Made by a program: the position numbers and the translations under genes
Notes under the pieces: generated by a model
What the model was told of the DNA's origin: nothing
Seen by the model: the letters and a program-made list of their open reading frames with translations, nothing else
Database searches by the model: none
Part shown: positions 15,955 to 25,079 of the stretch, piece by piece
Numbering within the stretch: position 1 is the first letter of the stretch
Layout: each line of letters opens with the position of its first letter
Source: a virus
Taxonomy: Duplodnaviria; Caudoviricetes
Virus record (IMG/VR): IMGVR_UViG_3300017978_000064
Coordinates: 1 to 30,813 of that record
DNA: 30,813 bases
Strand: one strand, 5' to 3'

Positions 15955-18716
15955 TAGTGTCCGTGTGTTATTATCCAATATTGAGTGCCATCACTAACTA
16001 CTTGGTCGTAGCCGTTTTTAGCGTTATCTGTGTGAGAGGTAGCGTCATCTATCAAAATAGAGCCGTCTCCTGCGTTAATGGTTACCGAGTGATTTGATGC
16101 CGTCTTTTTAACCGTGTACATCTTACCGCTGTTTTCTGTTGATGGTGTTGGAAGAGTTACGGTGATATTCCCTCCATCGGTGTTACATAGAATTAACCAA
16201 TCTTCAGAAGTGGCTAAATATGGCGAATCTGCCGTAGTTATACTTGTAACCTTTCCTCCTGACATCCAACTTCCCAAGCAAGGGTAGTTCTCAACGTAAA
16301 GCCTATCTGAATAAGGTGGTTGGTAGTTGTCGCATCTGATTGCAGTTATATTATCGTAGCCGTCTGGAATGATAACACGCTCCGAACTTGTAACTACATT
16401 GTAGTCACCTCCTACTGCGTTAAGGTTTCCTACTACTACATTTTGACCGCCTCTGCCTTCAGAGTTACCGACATAAACTCCTTTTGTTGATGCACCTGTA
16501 CTGCCACCTTTTGAAGAGAAAGGTATCTGCTGTGCGTCTCCAGTTCCTGCATTAATGACATCGGAAAAGTCTAATCCCTTTTTAGTCGGTGTGAAAGGCT
16601 TGTAGTATTTAACCAATAAGAACTCGCATTGAAAAACATCGTCTACCAATGGGTTATAATCAGTCACCTTTTGCAGTCTCCAATATTGCCCCTCAAAAAA
16701 GTAAAGGTTTGACATCTTCATGGTCTGCCAATCCTTTGTAGTGATTCTGAAAAAGCCTCTGAATATCTTTGAATCTCTGTCGGTTATTTCTGTTAAGGTC
16801 TGATAATAGTAAGTATTAACAAGATTCTGATTGCTATACTCAAGGTTCAAATAAGCCTTGATTTCACGAGGCATACCAAACAATAGGTCAAACTGCATAT
16901 TGGCAGGATCATCTATATGCAAGGTTAACGGATAGCTTGTTTGATTATCAGAGATACCGGGTGTGCCTTCGTTGTATAATCGGTAAATTGAGCAATTAGC
17001 CAATCCCCCATAATACAATATTCTCAAATCCCCTACTTGACCATCTTGATTGGTTGCTTCGGAGTAATAACGAGAAACTGAATCATCTTCGTAAAGCAAA
17101 GTAGGTGCAAAAGTGATATCTATCTTTTTCTCATTCTTGATGAAGTCGTTATCTATTCGATAGGTACGCTCTCCGTATACTTGATTAGTATTTGTTTTAT
17201 ACTGCTTGTTTTCTTCGTCTTGACCTTCCTTGTATGAGAACTTGTAAGGGTTGCCTTGTAATTCTCCGTAAGGTACAATGTCATAAGGCTGTGAGTAGTC
17301 TAATTTTTGAGACCAATCAACAGAACCAACATAGAAGTTATCTCTTGTTTGTATTCTTAAAACCTTGCTATCTTGTGTAGGCTCGATGTACAAATTGAAC
17401 ATCTTGACAAAGTTTGCAAGTAGTTCGGTTTGTGTGTATTCTCCAACAAAGAAATGAGCGAAGTCTAATGCAGTTTTATAAGCGTAACCACTTGACTTTG
17501 ATTTATTAAAAACATAAGTATTGTTTGTAATGTCAATAGTTGATAGCCTTACAATACTACCAGAAGTTGAATTGACATAGATAGCACCAAACTTAATCTC
17601 AACTTCATCTCCTTCTACTAAAGATACTGAATTGCTTTGAGTTTCATTAAATACTGCGTTATTTGATTGAATTTGCCCATTAACTACAATAAAATTGACA
17701 AAGGTGTTATTGACAAATATACCAAATCCTGCTCTACATAATGCACCGTCAGTATCAACGTATGCAGAAGATCCGTCTAAAGTAACATAAAACTCATATC
17801 TACCACTTGCAGGGCAAGTATACTTATAAGTTGAATTATTGTAATTACTACCGTTGTCAAAGTTACCGCCTGTTGAATCGTTAGCGGCAGGTATGGTTGC
17901 ACCTGTTGGATTGTTTTCCCAGGATGGAATAGTTGTGTTTCCTGTTACTTGTGCCTGATAAAGTCTATCTGTAAGTTGACTATCTGTAATTGTAAACCCT
18001 AAATTAGTATAGGGGATAATAAGCCTTTTAAAACGCTCTAAATTAAAGAACGAGTCAGAAGTGTATCTGTACCCTGCTTGAGAGAAAATCTTGTCTATTA
18101 CGGTCTTTGCGTAAAGGCAAGGTATATGATCATCAACTCTCCACTCTCTTGAGTTATAGCCTTTAGTTGCTCTTTTAGGCAACATTTGAGAATAGGTGTA
18201 ACCTCTGCCAAGCTCAAAAGGTGTACCACTTGCACCATCGTACCAAATAGATGTATCCCAACTATTAACGATATTGGTCTTATTTAAAACGTGGTTGTAT
18301 TCGCTGAAATCAAGTTCTGATAACTTCTTATCCTTGATGTTAGTGAAAAGGTCAGCAGTCTCGCCATGCACCGTGCAGTTATACTCTATCTGATTTGTGT
18401 CAGTTAGCACAACTTCTGTCAATCGCAAGAAGCCGACAAGCTGCTCCATGCCATGTGCAATTATTGTGCAATTAGCCTTCTTGTTTACCTTGAAGTCCGA
18501 TATCTGCTGAATGTTGCCTCCGATGGTTACCTTACCTACCTCAAAGAAAGCGTTAAAGAACTTGTTGTTTACCTTTGTACCGGGAAGCGTAAAAGTCTTA
18601 CTCCAATCTGATGATCGTTTCTCTGGCTCTCGTAAATCGGAAATTTCCCGATTAATGAGTAGATTTAAATCATCGTTTACCTCTAACTGATAGCCTTCAG
18701 CTATTATTTCTATCAT
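15954..18716 (-). CDS. large tail tip / hub protein
   Basis: 920 aa; SKTFTLPGT..NN, KMFNLYI and DWSQKLD patterns; fibre-like C-terminal module. Confidence 0.7.
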   Translation of the reverse strand: MIEIIAEGYQLEVNDDLNLLINREISDLREPEKRSSDWSKTFTLPGTKVNNKFFNAFFEVGKVTIGGNIQQISDFKVNKKANCTIIAHGMEQLVGFLRLTEVVLTDTNQIEYNCTVHGETADLFTNIKDKKLSELDFSEYNHVLNKTNIVNSWDTSIWYDGASGTPFELGRGYTYSQMLPKRATKGYNSREWRVDDHIPCLYAKTVIDKIFSQAGYRYTSDSFFNLERFKRLIIPYTNLGFTITDSQLTDRLYQAQVTGNTTIPSWENNPTGATIPAANDSTGGNFDNGSNYNNSTYKYTCPASGRYEFYVTLDGSSAYVDTDGALCRAGFGIFVNNTFVNFIVVNGQIQSNNAVFNETQSNSVSLVEGDEVEIKFGAIYVNSTSGSIVRLSTIDITNNTYVFNKSKSSGYAYKTALDFAHFFVGEYTQTELLANFVKMFNLYIEPTQDSKVLRIQTRDNFYVGSVDWSQKLDYSQPYDIVPYGELQGNPYKFSYKEGQDEENKQYKTNTNQVYGERTYRIDNDFIKNEKKIDITFAPTLLYEDDSVSRYYSEATNQDGQVGDLRILYYGGLANCSIYRLYNEGTPGISDNQTSYPLTLHIDDPANMQFDLLFGMPREIKAYLNLEYSNQNLVNTYYYQTLTEITDRDSKIFRGFFRITTKDWQTMKMSNLYFFEGQYWRLQKVTDYNPLVDDVFQCEFLLVKYYKPFTPTKKGLDFSDVINAGTGDAQQIPFSSKGGSTGASTKGVYVGNSEGRGGQNVVVGNLNAVGGDYNVVTSSERVIIPDGYDNITAIRCDNYQPPYSDRLYVENYPCLGSWMSGGKVTSITTADSPYLATSEDWLILCNTDGGNITVTLPTPSTENSGKMYTVKKTASNHSVTINAGDGSILIDDATSHTDNAKNGYDQVVSDGTQYWIITHGH

Positions 18717-19888
18717 CGTCTTTGTGATTTATCGTTGTAAGAAATCTCTACTTCTAAAGTCAAATTGAAAACCTTGTCATTGACGTGGTATCTTCTCTCG
18801 TATTCGCTGGTTTTAATGTTGACCGCTTTAAGTGATCCGTCATACATCCATACATAAGTAGAGCCTATCAACTCTTTTAGCCAATCTGCTTCTGCCTCCG
18901 TAATAAAGTCAGAGTTTAGCGTGAAGCGTGTAGTAGAGTCAGTATAAAAGTCTGTGTTGTGATGGTCTTGGTTTGTTGTCTGATACTCGACCGCTGTGTT
19001 GTTTAGCGTGTATGGATTGCGTTTGTATGACTTGCGATTGTAAGTGAGATTCTGTCTCTTTAACATCGAGAATCTAAATGACTCAACACCGCCTAACTTG
19101 TTCAAAAAGTACAAATCTACATCGCCATATTTGCTACACCTTTCGTCTATCGTTATAGTATAGGCACTTCCGATTGTGGCGTTGCTGCTGTTCTTTGGTG
19201 TGATGGTGTATGACTTCGTACCGATTGGAATACCGCCTGGAATATTGCTGCCAATAGGGAAACGAGTAATGTCTTGAGCCGTCCCATTAATAGTAGTAGA
19301 ACCGCTTGGAGAAAAACTAACATCCAAATGATGAAGAGTCCCAGCGTGTAAAGCGTAGAGCCAATCTTTTTGGTCAATGTGTATGCGTTTATTAAAGTTG
19401 TGTGTTAGGAATTTAGCAGATGAGCCTGTACCCATTAAATAGTCTGCCTCTGCAAAGGTCAAGAACTCTTCAGGAGAAAGAGCAGCGTTCCATACTTTTC
19501 TTGCTGATTCCGAAGTTACTCCAGTAGATAAGATGATGTCAGTAGTTGCACCTGTGCTGTATTCATATCCGAAACGTGCTTGGTATCTAAAAACTGAATT
19601 TGTGCATCCACTTGCTGCACTATCAGAGTAGTTCCAATCGTAGGTAACATAGTTTTCTAAAACTCTGCTGATGTTAAAGACTCCCTTATTAGTGCTACCG
19701 AAGTAGATAGGTGCTTTTAGCATTGTGATGTTGCCAGAAGCGTTTGAGTCAACGATTACGGTGTTAAACTTGAAGTTAAACTGCGAGTAAGTACCTGAAG
19801 CACTCTCACTAACTACATAGATGTTGTCGTTATATGCAGGTAAAAAACTAATTCCCGAAGCAGGTTGATGCTTAAATGATAAAGCCAT
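18713..19888 (-). CDS. tail/baseplate structural protein (distal-tail-like)
   Basis: 391-aa beta-rich protein; FLNKLGGVESF and LNSDFI.E....WL.ELI.S patterns. Confidence 0.65.
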   Translation of the reverse strand: MALSFKHQPASGISFLPAYNDNIYVVSESASGTYSQFNFKFNTVIVDSNASGNITMLKAPIYFGSTNKGVFNISRVLENYVTYDWNYSDSAASGCTNSVFRYQARFGYEYSTGATTDIILSTGVTSESARKVWNAALSPEEFLTFAEADYLMGTGSSAKFLTHNFNKRIHIDQKDWLYALHAGTLHHLDVSFSPSGSTTINGTAQDITRFPIGSNIPGGIPIGTKSYTITPKNSSNATIGSAYTITIDERCSKYGDVDLYFLNKLGGVESFRFSMLKRQNLTYNRKSYKRNPYTLNNTAVEYQTTNQDHHNTDFYTDSTTRFTLNSDFITEAEADWLKELIGSTYVWMYDGSLKAVNIKTSEYERRYHVNDKVFNLTLEVEISYNDKSQRR

Positions 19889-19895
19889 ACAATTA

Positions 19896-19920
19896 TAAAT
19901 AACAATAGTTCTAAAGTGTC
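19896..19920 (-). promoter_or_regulatory. putative late promoter variant GACA-N14-TTATTTA
   Basis: Same spacing as the three GCCA-N14-CTAATTA sites with three mismatches; 7 nt before the ATG. Confidence 0.5.
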
Positions 19921-19922
19921 CT

Positions 19923-19998
19923 AAAAAACGAGCCGTACGATGTAGCCGTTAATCCGCTTTCACACCCAACTTAATGTCAGTATCGAATCACTCGTTTT
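19923..19998 (-). other. intergenic stem-loop (terminator or structured RNA candidate)
   Basis: AAAACGAG...CTCGTTTT(TT) closing stem and inner CGAT/ATCG pair enclosing about 40 nt. Confidence 0.45.
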
Positions 19999-20275
19999 AT
20001 ATTATCTCATTTAGACAAGCACAGACATAAGCTTCAAATCCTTGCCCTGCTGCCTTCTCTAATCTCTTCTGCTGCTCTTTCTTGATTGTCGTGTGAAAGG
20101 CTAACGTATTTAAGAACTCAATCAACGGCATTTCAAGAATCTTATCCCACTCTGCTCGTCTGCCACCTGCTAACTTATCTATGAGTGTAAGCCATCCAAA
20201 TGCGTCTGCACTTCCTTCTCCTTCTCCTTCAAATAAGTTAGGGTAGCGTCTAATAACGCTGGAAAGAGAGTCGAA
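19997..20275 (-). CDS. -1 frameshift extension of the tail assembly chaperone (GT-like product, about 242 aa in total)
   Basis: T9 run at 20274-20282; the -1 frame is open for 92 codons (FDSLSSVIRRYPNLFEG...FGWLTLIDKLAGG...EFLNTLAF...LNEII). Confidence 0.82.
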   Translation of the reverse strand, partial: FDSLSSVIRRYPNLFEGEGEGSADAFGWLTLIDKLAGGRRAEWDKILEMPLIEFLNTLAFHTTIKKEQQKRLEKAAGQGFEAYVCACLNEII

Positions 20276-20724
20276 AAAAAAAGAGCGTAAGTGTAAAACT
20301 TGACAAATGGAAGTGATTTGTAAGCCTCTACCTTTACTTCGTAGTCGTCTTTTACTCTGCGCCCAAAAATATTAACACGGTACGATAAGCACCCAATAAT
20401 CTCGGGTAGCGCCTCGATTACATCTTTTTTGCTTAATTCTTGCAATTCGATGAAATGGTGAGCGTTCATCTCTTGAGCGTTCTTAACTAATCGATAGCGT
20501 TTACCTTGATGCTTAAACTTAAACTTTAATGGTGACTTGGGAATCTTCTCTAAAAAGGTAAGGTCTACTTTTCTCAACTCGTCAAGAGTCCAAGTCTCAA
20601 CGTGTTCGTAAGGCAACTCTTTTAGAATGCTGACAATCTGTGCTGTGCGTTCTATTGGGTTGTTTGTGTCAACTTGGTTTATCAGTTGCAGTTTCTCTAT
20701 TGTTATGTCATTCCAATTAAGCAT
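20179..20724 (-). CDS. tail assembly chaperone (G-like; start revised to ATG 20724)
   Basis: MLNWNDITI start overlaps the terL stop; ALFF slippery site near the end. Confidence 0.78.
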   Translation of the reverse strand: MLNWNDITIEKLQLINQVDTNNPIERTAQIVSILKELPYEHVETWTLDELRKVDLTFLEKIPKSPLKFKFKHQGKRYRLVKNAQEMNAHHFIELQELSKKDVIEALPEIIGCLSYRVNIFGRRVKDDYEVKVEAYKSLPFVKFYTYALFFSTLFPALLDATLTYLKEKEKEVQTHLDGLHS

Positions 20725-21904
20725 AAAAAAATACTCCTTTTTTGTTATGTTGTTTACAATCCCAAGCAAGAGCCAAAGCACATACAGCATCATCGTGTAA
20801 GCCTTGTGGTGCTGTGTACTTTACGCCTGTTCTTGTGTATTCAAATTCAAAGTTACGCATTTCATCGGTGATAACGCCTTCAGGGAATGCTATTTTTTGT
20901 TGTTGAACTGCCACTACTAAACCTTCCATTATTTGTTGTTTAGATTGGCTTGTAAATTTAAAACCATATACTCGTTGGTTAGTTCGTTGTAACTGCTCTA
21001 CAATTGGATCTCCGTTTCCAGTTGCATCCACATACGCAGGAGTGTTACCTATTTTTGTCGCAATTTTTGTCAAAGTTTGAGACCAATCCATTTGAAACCT
21101 ATCAAAGTAACATACTTGACCACTATCGTTTAAACCAATAATAACCGTCCAGTCCGTATACTTGGCTAAATCTATGCCGTATGCTACAGGTATACCCGAA
21201 GAGGTACTTATAATGCACTTTTCGATGTTATCGTACCCGAAAGGGTTTGAGTTGTCTTCCGCAGGTTCTGCAAGGTACAATTCTTTGAAAATATGTGACG
21301 GCAAGTCTCGTTTAGCTTGTTCTATTTCCTCTGGTTCAATGATGCCTTCTTTTGCTGCATCATAAGCCGTTATTTTAAAGTACTCGTGATTAGGCTCTCC
21401 TGCTTTGGCTCTTTCTCCCAACTTGTAAAACCAATTCTTTTTACCTTTGACGTTACCGATTAGTTTGCACTTGCCTTGAGTTGCAGTTAAGGTAGAACGT
21501 AGTGCATACCATGAATCTTCTCTTGCTCTGGATGCTTCGTCAAACACAGCAGCGTAGACATCGTCTCCGTATAAGTTGTCAGGCTTTTCTGCTGACTTAA
21601 ATTCTATCCGTGAGCCTAAAGGAGTAGTTAAAACAAGTTTAGACTCATTAGAGTGAAAGAAGTTCTTTTCATTGACTTGAGCCTTCATCCTTCGGAATGC
21701 TATCTCTGCTTGTTGGTATACCGGTGCAACCCACCACACCGCTTGGTTTTCTTTTAGCGTTAAGGCTTGTTCAAATAGCCAAATGATATGTGATGCCGTC
21801 TTACCTGTTTTAGTAGACGCAGCAGTAATTGTATATCGTGCAGGACTATCAAGTATTGCCTTTTGATATGAGGTCAAATATGGTCTCTTGTAGTTTATCT
21901 GCAT
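20717..21904 (-). CDS. terL: terminase large subunit
   Basis: YQ motif, Walker A ASTKTGKT, WVAP, Walker B AVFDEA, GIDLAK and HDDAVCALAL nuclease motifs. Confidence 0.95.
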   Translation of the reverse strand: MQINYKRPYLTSYQKAILDSPARYTITAASTKTGKTASHIIWLFEQALTLKENQAVWWVAPVYQQAEIAFRRMKAQVNEKNFFHSNESKLVLTTPLGSRIEFKSAEKPDNLYGDDVYAAVFDEASRAREDSWYALRSTLTATQGKCKLIGNVKGKKNWFYKLGERAKAGEPNHEYFKITAYDAAKEGIIEPEEIEQAKRDLPSHIFKELYLAEPAEDNSNPFGYDNIEKCIISTSSGIPVAYGIDLAKYTDWTVIIGLNDSGQVCYFDRFQMDWSQTLTKIATKIGNTPAYVDATGNGDPIVEQLQRTNQRVYGFKFTSQSKQQIMEGLVVAVQQQKIAFPEGVITDEMRNFEFEYTRTGVKYTAPQGLHDDAVCALALAWDCKQHNKKGVFFYA

Positions 21905-21960
21905 GAATTATTCCTATACTTGTGGTTTATTTAAATGAACTTTTTTAAACTTGAGGGTGC

Positions 21961-22989
21961 TTATGAGGGTGCTATTACTTTTTGAATAAACTCTAACCTT
22001 GTTTTATTAATAGTCTGGATGTTGTGATGCTCGTTGCAGTATACGTGATTAATCTTTCCTACCTCTTTAGATTTGCCCGATTTCATTAACTGCTCTAAAG
22101 GAGTTTTCCAATCGTTATTGGTAACAAAAAACACCCCTAAATTGTTACGGTGGTTCGTGTATGGCTCTACCGATGAAACCAATATAGGCAAACGATAAGC
22201 TGCAGCCTCAACGATTTTCAGCTCTGACTTGTAACGGTTAAAATGCTGATTAGTCAAAGGTGCTAAAGCAATGTCCATTTCTGAATAGAACTTGCCGTAT
22301 GCAGCAGGGTTAGTTCCTTCTCTTCTGATGAACCAATCAGGGCGGTCTTTTTGTTTGCGTCCTGTTATCGCCTCTTCCATCGTTGCCCATAGTCTACTAT
22401 TCTCGTGGTGACCTCCCATTAAGAACTTGTAGCCGTATTTTTCGCAAAGTGGTGCTATCTGTCCACTTAATAACTTTAAGTCCTCTACGTGGCTTATTCC
22501 ACCTATCCACCCTATTGTAGGTTCGTGCTGCTCATACCCCATCCATTGCTCTTGGGTGAAGTCTAAAGCGTTCGGTGCAATGCAGATGTTATCGCCTTTG
22601 TAAAACTCTGTTACCTTATCCGCAAGTTGAGGAGTAGTGACCATTACACCATCAGCATAGGTCAAAGCATTTTTAACTCCGTCCTTGATGTATGCTCTAT
22701 AGAACTGATATGCAGGGTTGTACTTTGGTAGCACCCAGTAATCGTCCAAGTCAACTATGTAAGGAACTTTTAGTTTTGCAAGAATTGGCAGTATGTTGTA
22801 TTGGTACCTGCCTAACCATCGATTGAAAATTACAACATCATACTTCTGAAAATCCATGTTAACCCAATCGTTCTGATCATGGCTTACGTCTACTTCAACT
22901 CCCAAATCTAACTGCATACGAACATAGGGAGTGTATAGCCTATGAAAGCTCACTCCCGTATATCCGTCAAACAAACAAAGAATCCTCAT
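21961..22989 (-). CDS. glycosyltransferase, GT-B fold (GT4-like)
   Basis: HRL..P, DLDDYW, IGWIGG.SH.EDL, DIALAPL...FNRYKSELKIVEA (Ex7E) motifs. Confidence 0.88.
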   Translation of the reverse strand: MRILCLFDGYTGVSFHRLYTPYVRMQLDLGVEVDVSHDQNDWVNMDFQKYDVVIFNRWLGRYQYNILPILAKLKVPYIVDLDDYWVLPKYNPAYQFYRAYIKDGVKNALTYADGVMVTTPQLADKVTEFYKGDNICIAPNALDFTQEQWMGYEQHEPTIGWIGGISHVEDLKLLSGQIAPLCEKYGYKFLMGGHHENSRLWATMEEAITGRKQKDRPDWFIRREGTNPAAYGKFYSEMDIALAPLTNQHFNRYKSELKIVEAAAYRLPILVSSVEPYTNHRNNLGVFFVTNNDWKTPLEQLMKSGKSKEVGKINHVYCNEHHNIQTINKTRLEFIQKVIAPS

Positions 22990-23207
22990 CAGAAAGGCAT
23001 ATCGTTTTTGGGCTTTGGCAAAGCGACATAATGCGTTGCCTTGCTCTTCTCGTTAGGTAATTTCAATTTCCCTACTCTTACTTTTACGTCACCGTACTTG
23101 TTGATTTCTAACTCACCGCTTTTAATTGCAGCGTTTAATTTCTCAATGTTGATTGTTACGTTAAGACCGTATTGGTCTTCCCAAGCATTTCCTAAATATG
23201 TTGTCAT
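22989..23207 (-). CDS. small SSB-like protein (start likely ATG 23207)
   Basis: Beta-rich 72 aa with THY motif and SSB-type C-terminal tip NDMPF. Confidence 0.55.
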   Translation of the reverse strand: MTTYLGNAWEDQYGLNVTINIEKLNAAIKSGELEINKYGDVKVRVGKLKLPNEKSKATHYVALPKPKNDMPF

Positions 23208-23288
23208 AGTTTTTATCTTTTTTAACCATGTCGTTGTATTCAACGAGGTGGTAGTGTTTTTATCATTTTGTTGATCCCGACAATATGA

Positions 23289-23537
23289 TTATAGTTTTTC
23301 AATTTCTTTTTTAACCTCTAATAGAAATCCAAACTGCTCAATTACTTCTTTGTTTCTTTGTAGTTCATCCAATAAGTAAATCATTTCTTGAACAGCAATT
23401 AAGGCACATTGTTTTGATTCTTCTATGTTTAACATAGTGCAAGGTACATCGCAATAAGGCATATCACATCCCAAGCAGTTAAATGGTGCGTCTTTGTATT
23501 TGTACACTAACTCTTTGGCTTTGTCTTGTGGTGTCAT
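23289..23537 (-). CDS. hypothetical protein (MTP..KAKEL...KQCALIAV type) with Cys-rich insert
   Basis: 82-aa ORF with CLGCDMPYCDVPC; ATGA overlap upstream. Confidence 0.75.
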   Translation of the reverse strand: MTPQDKAKELVYKYKDAPFNCLGCDMPYCDVPCTMLNIEESKQCALIAVQEMIYLLDELQRNKEVIEQFGFLLEVKKEIEKL

Positions 23538-23893
23538 TCTAAATTCAATGTTACGTTAATGACTTTAGCTTCTACGGTTGCTTCTACGCTTTCCTTTGGC
23601 TTACCGAATACTCGAGAGAGTAAAGTGTCCATAGAATAAAGAGAGCCTTTCTCATAGCTTTTGATGATTGCCTTTGCTACCGTCTTCTCTAACATCGTTG
23701 CCTCTTCGTTTTTTAATATCTCTTTAATGTTCTTTTCGTCCATTGCCATAATAGCCTGAATAGAATCATTGACCTCGCATAAAGAGTAGCCGTTCTCCTT
23801 CATCAAAGTAGTGAACTTCTTCGGTCTACCTTCCATGTGTCTGCGTTCATCTTCGCCTTTTTTGAACGGTTTTAGGTTCTGTTCGTTTGCCAT
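23534..23893 (-). CDS. terminase small subunit-like protein
   Basis: MANEQNLKPFKKG...GRPK N-terminus and LLSRVFGKPKESVE C-terminus. Confidence 0.65.
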   Translation of the reverse strand: MANEQNLKPFKKGEDERRHMEGRPKKFTTLMKENGYSLCEVNDSIQAIMAMDEKNIKEILKNEEATMLEKTVAKAIIKSYEKGSLYSMDTLLSRVFGKPKESVEATVEAKVINVTLNLE

Positions 23894-23910
23894 ATTATTT
23901 CACAGATTAT

Positions 23911-24132
23911 TCACAGATGTAAATCTATTTTATTTTCCCAAATTATTTCATGCACTCTCTCTCTAACTTTAGAGTAAGTCTCAATAACTTCTTCGGTATC
24001 GGTCTCGTTGTATCTGGTCTTTGTTCTTAAATAGTCTTCTATTTCAGTTAGTGCCAAATACATTTGTCGTGCTTGTTGGAAGATTTCAAGTTCGCTTCTA
24101 TCTTCATCGTTGAATTGGTAGTTTACTTGCAT
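23911..24132 (-). CDS. hypothetical protein
   Basis: 73-aa helical acidic ORF within the operon. Confidence 0.7.
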   Translation of the reverse strand: MQVNYQFNDEDRSELEIFQQARQMYLALTEIEDYLRTKTRYNETDTEEVIETYSKVRERVHEIIWENKIDLHL

Positions 24133-24380
24133 TCGTTCATTTTTACTTTGTGTACTACTTTTAGCATTTCTTTATGCTGTTTTTTATCTCCGAAATCTAT
24201 GTGGCATTTTCTACATAGTGCCATTAGGTTTTCGATTGTATCTGCGTGTTTAGAGCCACCCATGCCTCGTGCTTCGATGTGATGAATATCTTGAGCCTTA
24301 AGACCACACATTTCACAAGGTATAAAATCTGATGTATCATAGCCGAAATATTTAAGATACGTCTTTGTATGATTCTTCAT
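24123..24380 (-). CDS. small HNH endonuclease
   Basis: CEMCG, DIHHI, ENLMALCRKCH motifs. Confidence 0.88.
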   Translation of the reverse strand: MKNHTKTYLKYFGYDTSDFIPCEMCGLKAQDIHHIEARGMGGSKHADTIENLMALCRKCHIDFGDKKQHKEMLKVVHKVKMNECK

Positions 24381-24519
24381 AGATCTTTATCAGTTGGTCA
24401 ATTGAATAAGTCTCTGCCCCTTTTTTATAAATCTCTTTGCCTCTTACTATATCGAAGAGTATGTAGTTAGCGTGTAACCACTTTACAAATTTACCTATTT
24501 CTTTAGGAGGAGTGACCAT
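24352..24519 (-). CDS. 55-aa hypothetical protein MVTPPKEIGKFVKWLHANY...IYEESYKDVS (absent from the ORF track)
   Basis: Hand translation; ATG to TAA; spans the 24381-24494 gap and overlaps both neighbours. Confidence 0.6.
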   Translation of the reverse strand: MVTPPKEIGKFVKWLHANYILFDIVRGKEIYKKGAETYSIDQLIKIYEESYKDVS

Positions 24520-25079
24520 TTAGTGGGCTTTTCTATTTCTTTGTGTAATGTATATCCAAATTTACTAAAAAATTCTATCCAATGTGCTTTAGGCTTAATA
24601 TTTATATGTCCCCAGTCTTCATCAAACTTTGTATAAAACGGTGTAGAACTAAAGTGCAAATAGTTGCATTCAAGCCTTGCAAAGAAAGGTATTAGCTTTT
24701 CATCGGTGATGTGTTCAGCAACCTCAATGCAAGATACTAAATCCCCTTTTATGACCATAGTGGTGAAGTCACCCAAATGGTATGAATCTGCTACATTTCT
24801 TTCATGTGCGTACTCGAAGTGATGTGGGTTAAGGTCGTAGTAAGTTACCTTTTTACCTGCTGCTTTCATCTGCTGACAATAAGCACCTACTCCACCTCCT
24901 AAATCTGTAAATGAACTAAATTCAATTTCATTTGTTATTAGTTCAGTAGTTTCTTTGTAGAGATTGATGAATGACGGATTGTCCAAGTGGATTCCGTTTC
25001 TCATTTCCCAATCGAAGCATTGGATATCTGACCAATTACCTCCGAAACTATTTACGCCTTCTTCTCTTTGGTTGTTCAT
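24495..25079 (-). CDS. class I SAM-dependent methyltransferase (not of DNA MTase type)
   Basis: DLGGGVG motif I, YDLN, DLVSCIEVAEHI, GHIN..P..HW. Confidence 0.85.
   Translation of the reverse strand: MNNQREEGVNSFGGNWSDIQCFDWEMRNGIHLDNPSFINLYKETTELITNEIEFSSFTDLGGGVGAYCQQMKAAGKKVTYYDLNPHHFEYAHERNVADSYHLGDFTTMVIKGDLVSCIEVAEHITDEKLIPFFARLECNYLHFSSTPFYTKFDEDWGHINIKPKAHWIEFFSKFGYTLHKEIEKPTKWSLLLKK

Noticed and set aside
21952-21972. Tandem TGAGGGTGC repeat and a weak late-promoter-like sequence upstream of terL
   Set aside because: Only two 9-bp copies, and the promoter boxes and spacing deviate from the four-site consensus.
23208-23288. Two similar peptide-like segments (HIVGINKMI, HLVEYNDMV) in different frames
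   Set aside because: Neither has a start codon upstream in frame; probably a gene remnant.
24486-24493. TAAATTTG -7-like element
   Set aside because: It lies inside a probable coding region and is followed only by a 4-codon ORF; chance matches are likely in AT-rich DNA.
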